Below, one piece after another: positions 13,001 through 25,386 of a stretch of 64,000 nucleotides of DNA. This stretch comes from Azolla caroliniana. Lineage: Eukaryota; Plantae; Polypodiophyta. The notes under the pieces are model-generated. The model did no database searches. It had not been told where the DNA came from and was given only the letters and a program-made list of their open reading frames with translations. Both the position numbers and the translations under genes were made by a program. Location of the stretch: assembly GCA_043228905.1 (NCBI GenBank), contig JBHGNT010000012.1, positions 16,926,001 through 16,990,000 on the forward strand, given 5' to 3'. The stretch's first letter is position 1; each line of letters starts with the position of its first letter.

Positions 13001-16000
13001 AGGTGACAGGCAACGTTCATCTCCTCCAGATGAGTCTGCAATTTCCTTGATAGTCGAAATGGGTTTCCCAAGATCTAGGGCTGAGGAAGCATTAAGGAGA
13101 GTTGGGAACAACCGTGTCGAATTAGCCATGGAATGGTTGTTTGGCCATCCTGAGGAGGCTGTACAAGAAGAAGATGAACTTGCCCGGGCTTTGGCACTAT
13201 CTTTAGGGAGTGGGAATGATTCAGTCAATGAGGATTCTATCAGTAAGGTATGTGACACTGACATTGATGCAGTTAGACCACAGCTTCCTCCAGTTCATAA
13301 CATGCTTGCATCTTGCTTAAGCTTTCTTAATAGTGGTAGCTCGAATGGAACAGCTTTTTCTCTAGCAGATTTAATGATAACAATGAGCACACGCAATAAA
13401 GGTGAAGATCGTGAAAAGGTCATTTCATATCTTGTTAATCAATTGAAGCTGTTGAAGATAGAGGATTCAATGAGTGATTCTTGTCCCATGTCAATTGTAT
13501 CTCACTTACTGGCATTGATCCTGTCAGAGGACACAGTCTCACGAGAAGTTGCTGCTAAGAATGGAATTGTGAACATAGCTCTTGATTTTCTTGGTTCTTT
13601 CAAGCCAATGTTGGCAAGTGGACATAAATTAATTACACCAAAATGGGTTACTTCTTTGTTTCTTGTCCTTGATTTTATGCTGCAACATAAACCCAAGCTT
13701 GATTTGACAATACAGAACATGGTGGTTGGTTCTGATGAGACCAAAACTGATGTGTCTAAGGTAATGACTGAAGCGAAAATAGCTGATATTGAATCAACAC
13801 ACACAAATTCCTGGGAGGCTATCTTGGGGAAACCATCAGGTTATATGACAGAAGAAGAGCAGAAGAGGACACTGGAAATCACCTGCAACCTTTTGTCCAT
13901 GCCACTGTCTGCATCATGTGCTCAGGCAATACTTCCACTATGTGCACGGCTGACTAAAGTCTATTCTATGGCTATGCGATTTCTCGATGCTGGTGGTCTC
14001 ACAGCTTTACTATGCATGCCTACAAGTTGCTTGTTTCCTGGTTTTGAGAATGTGAGTGCATCCATAATTCGACATCTTCTTGAGGATCCTCAAACACTCC
14101 AACAGACAATGGAGTCAGAAATCCGTCATACACTTACAACATCCCTGAGTCGTCACAATAATCTTCTCTCTCCAAGAACGTTTTTAACAACAATGGCCAG
14201 AGTTGTGGCAAGGGATCCTGCTATCTTTATGCAAGCGGCTACTGCAGTATGCCAAATTGAAGAATCTGGGGGAAGATCCTATGTAGTGTTATTGAAGGAT
14301 AAGGAGAAAGAGAAGGAAAAAGCGAAAGAAAAAGAAAAAGAAAAAGAAAAGGGATCTGAGAAGGAAAAAGAAAAGGAGAAGTTGAAATGTCTAGATGAAA
14401 ACACTGCAAGTTCAAAGACCGCAGAAGGATCAAAGCCATCAAAAGGTCATAAGAAGGTGCCCCAGAGTTTTTCACATGTAATGGAGCAGCTACTTGATAT
14501 TATTAATAACTTTGTGCCCCCAGATAAAGAATCCGTGTCCTCCATTCCCGGTGCAATGGAGGTAGATGAGGCGGTTCTAAAGGGTAAGGGAAAAACAGAG
14601 GTAAATGACTCAGAGAGAGCAGAAAAACCTTCTCTGTCTGAAAGTTCTGCTACTCTTACCAAAGTAACTTCAATTTTGAAGCTGACTACAGATATTATTC
14701 TCATGTATTCTGCATCATCAAATGTTCTAGTGCGATATGACACTGAGACCAGCCAGGGGAGAAGTTCTTTCAACTCCAACTGTGCTGAGTCCGTTGGTCA
14801 TGGTGGTTTTCTGCATGGTATTCTCCATAAGCTTGTACCAAATATAAGCTCTGGTGGTGTTGAAAAATCACCTGATCATGAGCTGAAAGGAAAACTTTCA
14901 GGCAAAGCAGTTCAGTTCCTTGTTGCAGTTTGCATGCGATCAGCAGAGGGTAGGAGACGATTGTTTTCAGAAATTTCTAGGTCCCTTTCGTGCGCAGCAA
15001 GTTCCCCAGGGACAAACGGTCAGGAAGGCTCACAATCTCCGGACAAAAAAATGCGTGCCTTTGTTGATCTTTTGAACACAGTTCTTTTATCACATACATC
15101 ATCTAGTGCTGGTCAGGCACCTGGTATATCAACTGAAATGGCTAAAGGAATGCTTGAAACAGATATGGTGCAGGCTCTTACTACATTACTACAATTAATT
15201 GACTTGGACCATCCGGATGCTCCAAAACTTGTTAGTGGAATTGCAAAAGCACTTGAAGCATTGACACGGGCTGCTAGTTTGGGTGATCATATGCACATGA
15301 CCGATTCAAAGAAGAACATAGAAAATGTTAATGACACTGCAAATGGCATTTTTGTGACTAATGGTCAGCCATCTGATATCCTTCGAAATGATGGTATTCT
15401 CCATGGATCAGGCAGGGGGTCATTACGAGGAGACTTGCAGATGGCTATCAGAGCAATTCTAGTCCATGATGAGCAACTGGATCATGACATGGGCTTGGAT
15501 CAGGATCCCAATGAGGAAGATGAAGAGGATGAAGATGAAGATGAAGATGAAGATGACGATGAAGATGATGACGTTAACTTAGAAGCTGAAGCTGAAGAAT
15601 TTATGCATGATGCTGATGAAGTCATAGGGGATGTGGCTGCTGCAATGAATTTTCGAATGGATCGTGGGGGTGATGATGATCTAGGAGAGGATGAAGATGA
15701 GGATGATGATGAGGACGATGACGAAGATATGGATGGAGATGCTGGAGATGAAGATGATGGTGAGGAAGATGAACAAGATGAGGATGAGTTGGAGGATGAG
15801 GTTGCCTTATCACCTGCAGACACAGATGCCGAAGATCCTGATGATCATGAGTTGGAGGGAGAGTATGATGAGGATATGGCAGAAGAAGATGAAGAGGATG
15901 ATGACGTTGATGATGATTGGCGTGAGAATCACATAATTGGAGTGCAGTGGAGGGATGGGGCAAATGGTTTTAATCATATTGAAGTACTGGGGCATGCAGA

Positions 16001-19000
16001 TACAGGTAATCGAGACTCTTCGATTGATCCCCTCCAAGGCATGAACTTCGATCAAATCTTTGGTGCGTTTCGGCCACGTGGTGGATTAGGGCGTCGTGGA
16101 TCCACATATAGGGTGTTTGATAGAACAGGACCTGAGACTACCCGAAGTGCCCGCCATCCTCTTTTGAATCGGACAAGTTTACCAGGCTCAGGTGGGTTGC
16201 CTATATCTTCCTCTTGGGTGTCAACTGGAGGTAGTGGAGTTAGAGGTCCTGATTCTGTTTCGAATGGTGGTTTAGATGCGTCTCGGCTTTATACATGGTA
16301 TGATAGTGCAATGAATGTTCGTGGAGTAGATGGAATTTTTGGAGATCGTGGTGTTGGACAGGATGGCATATTCTTAGATATTCCCATGTTGCCTAGGGTG
16401 GGAAGGAGAAGTAGCAGAGCCGATGGACAATTTAGTAGTTGGACAGATGATGGTGAATTTCAGGGTGGTGCTGCTAATGCAGCTCTAGCACAAGCTTTTG
16501 AAGAACAGTTTGTATCACATTTTTCTTCTCCAAATTCAGGTGATCACAACTCTAGTAGACCTGTTGACCCTGTTGAAATGACTATTGGAACCTTAGATCC
16601 TTCTAGTAGTGGAGGTAATACGGAACCTCCTACCAATGACAATTCTCAGGAGAATAGTTTTGTTAATGGATCTCAGCAGGTGCAGCAAAACGAGAGTTTA
16701 TCTCTTGATGCACTTAATTCAGGGGAAGGAGGGGAAGGTGATCAGAATTCCAATGTAGGTCTTGATGTGCATATGCAAGATGAGAGGGCTGGATCATCTG
16801 TAAAATATATTGAGGCTGCTAGTCAGGATAGCAGTGGTAGTGGAGCGACAGTTGGAGAGAGTCTACGAAGCTTAGAGGTGGAGATAGGTAGTATGGATGG
16901 CCGTGATGAAAGTGATAGACGTATTGCTTCAGATAATATTGCCACAATCCATCCAGCGAGGGAAGCTACAAATGTGGCTATTGGAACAAGAGAAGGAACA
17001 CTCCAAATTGATGTTCAAAGCAGAGATACCCAGGCAATGGATATTACTTCCTCTGCAGATGCCTCTGACTCAAGAAATAGAGAACATGGTTTTGAAGAGC
17101 GCGCGGAAGAGACAGATGTGAGAGAGGATTCATTGCAAGGTGAACATGCAAATGATACTTCTTTAAACTCAATTGATCCTACATTCTTGCAAGCTCTTCC
17201 ACAAGATTTGCGAGCTGAAGTTTTGGGTTCCCAACAAACTCGAACAAGGGCTGAGGATCACCAACCTCCTCCAATTGTTGAAGATATCGATCCAGAATTC
17301 CTCGCAGCACTTCCTCCAGAAATCCAGGCTGAAGTTCTTGCACAGCAGCGCGCTCAGCGACTGCTTCAGTCTCAACTTCTGGAAGGCCATCCAGTGGATA
17401 TGGACAGTGCATCTATTATTGCAACTTTTCCAGCAGAGCTTAGAGAAGAGGTATGCAAATTGTCGTCATAATTAACTTTTTAAATTTTCTTTGCACCGTT
17501 CTATTTATGATTTTTTACCTGGATTGTAGGTCCTTTTAACATCATCTGAATCAGTGCTTTCTGCGCTTCCTCCTGCACTCTTGGCTGAGGCTCAGTTGCT
17601 TCGTGAAAGAGCTATGAGCCAACTTCAATCTCGTAGTAATATTTTTGGCTTATCACAAAGACTGGGAGGTAGGCGTGATGGTGTAGATATTGGTTCTAGA
17701 GGAATTTCTGCAGCAATAGATCGAGCTGTGGGAAGTGGTCATAACTTTGAATCAGGGCGAAGGACACAACCAGGTATATCATCTATTGGGAAAAAAGGGA
17801 AATCTGAAGATGGAAAACAGCTTGTTGATACTCCTAGTCTCAAGGCTATTTTGCGGTTGCTTCGACTAGCTCAGGTTGGATTGATTCTTAATTCCTTGTG
17901 TAGTTGGATTCTATCTTTACCTTTTGAACTGTTTCTGATTCTTTATTGTTTTTTCTCAATCTTTTATTCATATTCTCCAGCCCTTAGGGAAGGGGATCTT
18001 ACAACGATTACTCTATAATCTCTGTTCCAATAGTCTTACATGCACCACTCTAGTTTATCTCTTGCTTCAGATGCTTAGACCTGATGCAGAGAAGTACTCT
18101 TGTAATGGATTGTCTGCTGATGGAGCACCTTCACATCGACTCTATGGCTGTCTATCTAATGTTGTCTATGCAAGACCACCGCTTTGTTATGGTAAATAAA
18201 TGGAAACAATGCTGTTTCTCTCCTATCTATTTTTTATCTTCACTGATTATAAATGTTATCTTTATTTGTAGGGGTTCCTCCTCTTGTCTCCCGTCGCATA
18301 TTAGAGATCCTGACGTACTTAGCAAAACATCAATCTTTAGTGGCCAGTTTGCTACTTCATTTCGAGACAGTGACAAGCCTCGAGGGAAAGTTTCTGGTTT
18401 TAGGATATGTGAAAGAGAAAGGTAAAGAGAAGGTAGATAATGAAATGGTGGAAGCTTCTTCTGGCAGAAGTTTGAGAGAACAGATTCCTCTTATTCTCCT
18501 CTTGAAATTGCTTAATCAGCCGCTTTATTCTAGAAGCAGTGCCCATTTGGAGCAGGTAGCATTTTTTAAATGTTTTAAGGGCTAAATTTCTGAGTGTTAT
18601 TTATTTCTCAAAAATTCCTCTGAGTTTCATTTTTTTCAAGGAAGGCCTTTGTTTACCCATTTAAAAGAGGGGATCAATTGACCATATACTTCTCAGTAGC
18701 ACATAATATTACTTTTCTGAAGTTGATGAAGTGCATTTGGGGAACCAAAACTCAAGAGGCATTTGGAGAAATAAGAAAATATCAGGGATATTTCAAGAGT
18801 TTTCTATCCTTTAAAAGTCTTTCAATAACGTATTTGTTGCCTCAGGTCTTGGGTCTAATTGAAGCTGTAACGAGCAAGGCTGGAGAAATAGTACAATCTC
18901 ATGTATCACCAGAAAATTCTTCTGTAGAGGCTAGCCAGGAAGGTAAAAGAAAATCTGAAGATGATATTGTGGTCTTGAACATCGAGAATGCTGGTAATTC

Positions 19001-22000
19001 TTCAGGAGGGAGTACAAAGGATCTAGAAACTAGGCCTAAGGACAGTCATCCACATGGTGATCATTCGGACACATCAACCTCTAAATCAGAGCAAAAAGTA
19101 GACCCCCTTACTATCTTTCTTAATCTTCCGACTGATGAGCTTTGCAAACTCTGTTTGCTTCTTGCCCGTGAAGGGTATGTTAAATTTGTTTATGTATATG
19201 CTATTGTGTTAATGAGGAGATTTTCTAGGTTTCCTGACTTGAAAGTTAACTTTCTTGCACAGGCTTTCTGACTTGGCTTACACTCGAGTATCAGAGGTGC
19301 TCAACAAGATTGCTGATATTGCACCACCTCATCGACACTTATTTATTGTAGAACTAGCTGAAGCTGCACAGAAGCTAAGTGGCTCTGCTATAAAAGAGCT
19401 TGAGGCACTTGGTGATGGAGATGATGCACAGTTTGGTGCAGACTCAATGGCTGGAGCAGCTATTTTGAGAGTCCTGGGTAGTCTTAGCTCTTTGAAAGCA
19501 TCAGATATGGTGGCAAAAGAGGGTGATCAAGCTAGTGTCCTGGATAAGGATGAAGATGAATGCTTTTCTGTGATCAGAAATTTGAACACGTCCATTGAGC
19601 CTTTGTGGCAGGCTCTCAGCACTTGTTCTAAAAAGATAGAGAGCAGATTGGTCACACCAATGTCTTCTGCTGCCAACATGGGGACAGTTTCTGGTGGGAA
19701 TGCTGTAGTGACACCACCTCTTTCTCCAGGAACACAAAGGGTTTTACCATTCATTGAAGGATTTTTTGTTTTGTGTGATAAGTTGAGAGCTCCTCCAGCA
19801 TCTCAAGGAAACAATGAACTTCTTACTTCAACAGCTTGTGAGATAAAGGAGATTGCAAGTTCTGCATCAATAGATGAGTCAACATCCATGCAGCAACAGA
19901 AGGCTGATGATAAGAGTGTAACATTTGTTAGGTTTGCTGATAAGCATAGACGCTTGATCAATGCATTCATAAGGCAGAATCCTGGATTGTTAGAGAAGTC
20001 TCTTTCTCTGCTATTAAAGACTCCTAGGCTGATAGACTTTGACAATAAGAGGGCATATTTCAGGTCGCGTATTAGACATCAGCATGAACAGCAGCACTAT
20101 TCTCCATTAAGAATAACAGTTAGAAGGGCTTATGTTCTGGAAGACTCATATAACCAATTGAGAATGAGAACTTCTGATGAACTCAAAGGACGACTTACTG
20201 TTCAGTTCCAAGGAGAGGAGGGTATAGATGCTGGTGGCCTAACTAGAGAATGGTATCAGTTGTTATCAAGATTTATTTTTGATAAAGGTGCCCTGCTTTT
20301 CACTACTGTTGGCAATGAGTCTTCCTTTCAACCTAATCCTAATTCAGTCTATCAGACAGAGCACTTATCATACTTCAAGTTTGTGGGACGCGTGGTAAGT
20401 AGTCTTGTAAATATCATTATGCTTATTTTATCGAATTTTAGTTTTGTGTAATGGGCTTTTTTGGGTTCAATTTGTAATATTTTTCCAGGTTGCCAAAGCT
20501 CTGTTTGATGGTCAGCTTCTTGATGTTTATTTTACTCGATCTTTCTATAAACATATACTGGGAGTGAAAGTGACTTATCATGATATTGAAGCTGTTGATC
20601 CAGACTTCTACAAGAGTTTGATGTGGGTTCTTGAGGTATAAAGTGAATGGTTGCTGTATTGATGCCTTTTGCTCATTATACAACATGCAGCTGATAGTTA
20701 TTGTTTTTGCAGAACATTGTAAATGACATTCTTGGTCTTACATTTAGTATTGATGCTGATGAGGAAAAGCATATTCTTTATGAAAGAACTGAGGTATAGT
20801 ACTATGTAGCTTATTTCTTCCCAGTGGAAAATCTATTTTAGTGTATTACATGTTTACTAGGATTGCTGCATACCTAAAAAAGTGGAAAGATACATGTTAG
20901 CGATGCATAAAATTTGGATGTTAGTTATTGTAAAGTTGGATTCTAGTTATTTGGTATTATAGGTTTTTTTACAAATGTTGCATGAAGCTAAGATTGGGTT
21001 TCGCATGGGTTGTTTAAAGTGGATTGCAAAATTTAAAGATCATGGTGTATCATTTATGTTCTAAATGTTTTCTTATGCCGGAATCTTGATTTCTTCCTTC
21101 TTCATTTGTCTTACATTCATGTTGTAGGTCACGGATCATGAACTTATCCCTGGGGGTCGAAATATCAGAGTTACAGAAGAGAATAAGCATGAGTACGTAG
21201 ATTTGGTTGCTGAACATAGGTTGACAACTGCCATAAGGCCGCAAATAAATGCATTTCTGGAAGGATTTAATGAGTTAATATCAAGGGATCTCGTCTCAAT
21301 ATTCAATGATAAAGAACTGGAGCTGTTGATCAGTGGTCTCCCTGAAATAGACTGTAAGTAGATCAGCTATATGAGATTCCGGATGACAAATAATCCACCC
21401 AATTTGCTTTTTTTTGCTCACAGTTTGCAATCTCTAGTTATAATAGGCCATTATGGTCTTTTGGAGGTTTAAATATATATTTCTCTCTAACATGAGTTAA
21501 CCTTTACCAGTGGAAGACCTGAAGGCAAATACAGAATATACTGGTTATACTACTGCATCCCCTGTGGTTCAATGGTTTTGGGAAGTTGTGCGAACATTTG
21601 GCAAGGAAGATATGGCTCGTCTGCTGCAATTTATTACTGGAACATCGAAGGTGGGTAGTAATGCATGTATGCTACATGTCTGATAAAATATACATGCAAC
21701 ATGAAGATTTTAGATTTTGTTGTGTATATAATGTGAGTGTTGTACATGGAACGTGAATGTATTATTGTAAATATAAACATGTGATATAAAATAGTTCTCC
21801 TTCATTCAGGTTCCTCTGGAAGGGTTTAAGGCATTGCAAGGCGTCTCGGGCCCACAGAAGTTTCAAATTCACAAGGCATATGGAGCTCCTAAGAGGCTTC
21901 CATCTGCGCACACATGGTATATGATGATCTCAACTTATCTTTTGGATTGATTATATCAGTTTTGTGATTGGAATCTCCGTTGTCTAATATATTTTGCAGA

Positions 22001-22169
22001 TTTAATCTTAGATATCTTGGTTTCATTTAGTCACGAGTGTTCAATTTTGTCCATGTTTTAAAACAGCTTTAACCAGCTGGATCTTCCTGAATACTCCTCT
22101 AAGGATCAGCTGCAGGAAAGGCTGCTTTTAGCTATACATGAAGGCAGTGAAGGTTTCGGGTTTGGTTAA
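7019..22169 (+). CDS. UPL1: HECT E3 ubiquitin-protein ligase UPL1/UPL2 (HUWE1/Tom1 type), 15 exons, about 3778 aa
   Basis: Exons placed by GT-AG and frame: 7019-7051, 8214-8309, 8393-8599, 9555-17450, 17530-17874, 17981-18191, 18272-18555, 18846-19174, 19263-20394, 20489-20635, 20713-20793, 21128-21353, 21511-21650, 21810-21916, 22067-22169 (sum 11337 nt, divisible by 3). [11 protein letters not shown] start, [13 protein letters not shown] ([13 protein letters not shown]), UIM ([13 protein letters not shown]), acidic tract, [10 protein letters not shown] repeats, HECT ([11 protein letters not shown]...PSAHTCFNQLDLP...GFGFG*). Confidence 0.96.
8660..8975. repeat. Three diverged copies of a ~60-70 bp unit in UPL1 intron 3
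   Basis: TCATAAGAAAGT...TGAATGGTGTAGA(T/C)(G/A)TGTG recurs near 8680, 8842 and 8926. Confidence 0.7.
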
Positions 22170-22854
22170 TGGATTAATTGATTGATCATGATTCAGAAAT
22201 GTATGTCTAAAGGTGGGCTATATTTGCAAATTCGTGCAAAAAATGTCGAATGCTTTTTTTCGGAGCATGGAAATAAGCATTGTGGGTTTTAGTATTGGAG
22301 AGGAATGAAATCCACTTTAATGGGTTCACCACTGCAGTACAAATCCCTAGTGAGCAAGCTTTTTAGGGAAGTAAATCCATCTTTTTTTGTTTTGTAGAAA
22401 ACTGAGTTGTAAATTTGGAGATAGAAAGTCTCTTCCCATTCTCCCAGGGAATAACAGCTCATGGGATTGCAGAGAGTATAAATACCCACCTACATATGTA
22501 TAGATCTTGATAACAGGATGAGATGAGTGTGCATAAAATCAGTTGTCACAGGCCTACGCCAGGGCCGGTTTGGTCTCAACTGATGGATAGTCTTGCTCAT
22601 GATGTATAACAACATAAAGCAACAAATGTTTGAATGGTTTCACAAATTTTGGATCCTGGAATGTGTAACATTATCTCATAATATTGCAAAATACTCGTTG
22701 CCATGATATTGACGTTACATGCTGTAACCTGTTGTAATTCAATTTCAATTAGTCTTATAGTGTTTATTTGCAACTTTCAAATTGCATGTTCCATTTGGAA
22801 TTTCATAAACCTAAATGGTTTTATTCGGGAAATCCATACACTATTGGAATTTGT

Positions 22855-23158
22855 GTATTGTTGCCATGCACTTGGAAACATGAATTTTCAATCAGAATAC
22901 AATCCATGTGCTCTGTTAGGGAGGCTGCGTTTGCACAAAGGCAATATATTATCACGCTTCTCGTGAATTATATAAGTCAATGTTGTGTGTACCACGTATA
23001 TGTAGCTAAGTACTAAGTTTGGTTTCGTTATGAATTGCTGCCATGCACTCAGAAACATGAATTTTCAATTAGAATTCAAGCCATGTGATCCGGTAGCGTT
23101 TGCACAAAGACAATACAATATCATGCTTCTCATGAATCTTACTAATTGATGTTATGTA
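22855..23158. repeat. Diverged ~175-bp tandem duplication
   Basis: TGCCATGCACT..GAAACATGAATTTTCAAT..AGAAT...GCGTTTGCACAAAG at about 22862 and 23039. Confidence 0.8.
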
Positions 23159-23603
23159 TAGCTATGGGCTTGGTTTTGTTGCCTTAAAATGGAATAGGAT
23201 TGAACCATTTTGTAGAAAACAAATGCCGAACCGAACTGTTTATGAACTCCCAATCCACTTAAACCAAATCGTTTAGGGAAAAGTTGAAACCAAATGCTAT
23301 TTATCACAAATTTGAACCTAACCATTTAAGTCAAATTCTTAAAAAAAGATAAATTAAATACATTAAATTAAATAAGCATTGTAGTCGAATTAATTAAAAA
23401 ATTAAAAAATTAAAAAACCATTAAATCAAGCAAGTATCTAAATGAACTTAATTAAAACAATAAAAAATATCAACTAAATCATTAAATGAATAAACTATTA
23501 AAGAAAAAAAAGGTAACCCAAAACCACTAATTTGAACCGATAAATTGTTAAACCATGGCTTAACGATTTGGTTAAGTTTGAGTTGAAACTCGGCCCATAG
23601 CTA
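23159..23603. mobile_element. hAT-type MITE, copy 1
   Basis: TIRs TAGCTATGGGC / GCCCATAGCTA; 8-bp TSD GTTATGTA / GTTATGTT; many AAACC/AACCG subterminal motifs, AT-rich core. Confidence 0.85.
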
Positions 23604-23729
23604 GTTATGTTGTCCACGTATATACATAGGCTCACAAAAGGAAATTAGTGTGATTCCAAATGAGGAAGAACATGTAGATCTTGTGTGATGCAAAAGCCTT
23701 GACAACATCATGAGGATTTTAGATGGACA

Positions 23730-24293
23730 TGTTAGGAATATGGGATCCAATGGGAGGAGGACTGGTTGGGCTGAGAGCCGAGACCTGATGTCATGGGGAG
23801 TTGACTAAGATAGTGTTGCAGATGTGATCCAAGTCGAAGACACGACCGACTAGTCAGGCCGACTAGATAGTTGACACTAGTTAACTACTATTGTTATTTA
23901 GTATAATAATAGGAATGATAGTAGCAATGTCTACATTTGTAAATAGCCCATATTGTGTATAAGTATAAATACACTTAGGGCAAACATGTAGAATGTAGAA
24001 CACAGTGAAGTGCTATGTAGAGAGGAGAGAGAGTGAGAGTGGCGCCATAGCTGAGTGAGGTTAGACGCCAAGAGCCCTTGCGTGGCTAATACACTTTGCA
24101 CAAAGAGTGTTGTATTCTTGTCTCCATTGTATTCCTTGTTGTATAGTGGAGAATTGTTCTCCTATGGTTTTCCCCTGTTTAGGGTTTCGAAGTAAATCTC
24201 TGTATACTTCGTCTACTTGTTGTTTTCTATTTTCACGCGTTGTGTCTTTCAGCATATCTTTTGTGGATTGACAATCTGATTCACAATACAACA
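23730..24293 (+). mobile_element. Solo-LTR-like sequence
   Basis: TGTTAGG...ACAACA ends, TATAAATA near 23964, GA tract; no TSD found. Confidence 0.45.
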
Positions 24294-24968
24294 TTAATCT
24301 TTGTGTAAAGAAAAACCTCCCTATCATACAAGGCAACAATGTACCAATCCATATTCTATATTGCCTTTGGTCATATGTACATAGTGATGATGATTAAAGG
24401 GCTATACGTAATCTTGTATCACACAATCGTTAGAATGTGATGAATCATTCATTATTGTGTTGCATTTCCTAGAAACAATTGGGGGTGGTGTATGACAAGG
24501 CAAAGATAGTGTTCATGTTGATGAATCTATATTTGTATTGAACATAAGATAAATCATATTAATATCAATCTAAGATAAGTTCTCTCTATTAGGAACAAGA
24601 AGGCTATGAAATTTGAAAAAGGTGTTAAGAGGCCATTGTTGTTGGATAAGGTTACATGGGCATAAAGAAGTGCATTTAAATGTGTAATGATTACAACAAA
24701 GGTATGTATATGATAATTTAGCATATTAGGTTTTGTTTCTTCCATATCATGTGCTATTATATTTTATCATCTATGTGAGTTTTTGACATAAAATAGGAAG
24801 CCACTATAACCTGTGTATACATTGGCCATGTTTTACTTGGGACGACATGACATGAAAGGGTTTATAGCTATAGATCTTTCCAGAGAATAATAGAATGGAG
24901 GCCTTAAGCAAATTTATGATCTAAATCCCCAATAAAACCATCCCACTATCCTTTTAAAGTATGGACAA

Positions 24969-25386
24969 TGTCCAACCAAATGTTACACACCACTTGAATC
25001 GGTGTTACATAACCAAATAAGAGAACTTTTGTAGGAAAACCTAACCCTTGGAAAGAAATTGTTGACTAAAACTACAAAAAATTTCAAACTTGAAATGAGA
25101 TTCCCTTATAAGGAACTAATAATGAAGATGGGGACGATTTTTTATGGGAGATGCTATGAGTGTTTGGGGAGTGTGATGTCCAACCAAATGTTACACACCA
25201 CTTGAATCGGTGTTACATAACCAAATAAGAGAACTTTTGTAGGAAAACCTAACCCTTGGAAAGAAATTGTTGACTAAAACTACAAAAAATTTCAAACTTG
25301 AAATGAGATTCCCTTATAAGGAACTAATAATGAAGATGGGGACGATTTTTTATGGGAGATGCTATGAGTGTTTGGGGAGTGTGATG
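24969..25386. repeat. Near-perfect 208-bp tandem duplication in LTR-like DNA
   Basis: TGTCCAACCAAATGTTACAC...GGGAGTGTGATG starts at 24969 and again at 25177. Confidence 0.95.

Noticed and set aside
9546-17471. Stand-alone 2641-aa gene
   Set aside because: It is exon 4 of UPL1, bounded by splice sites.
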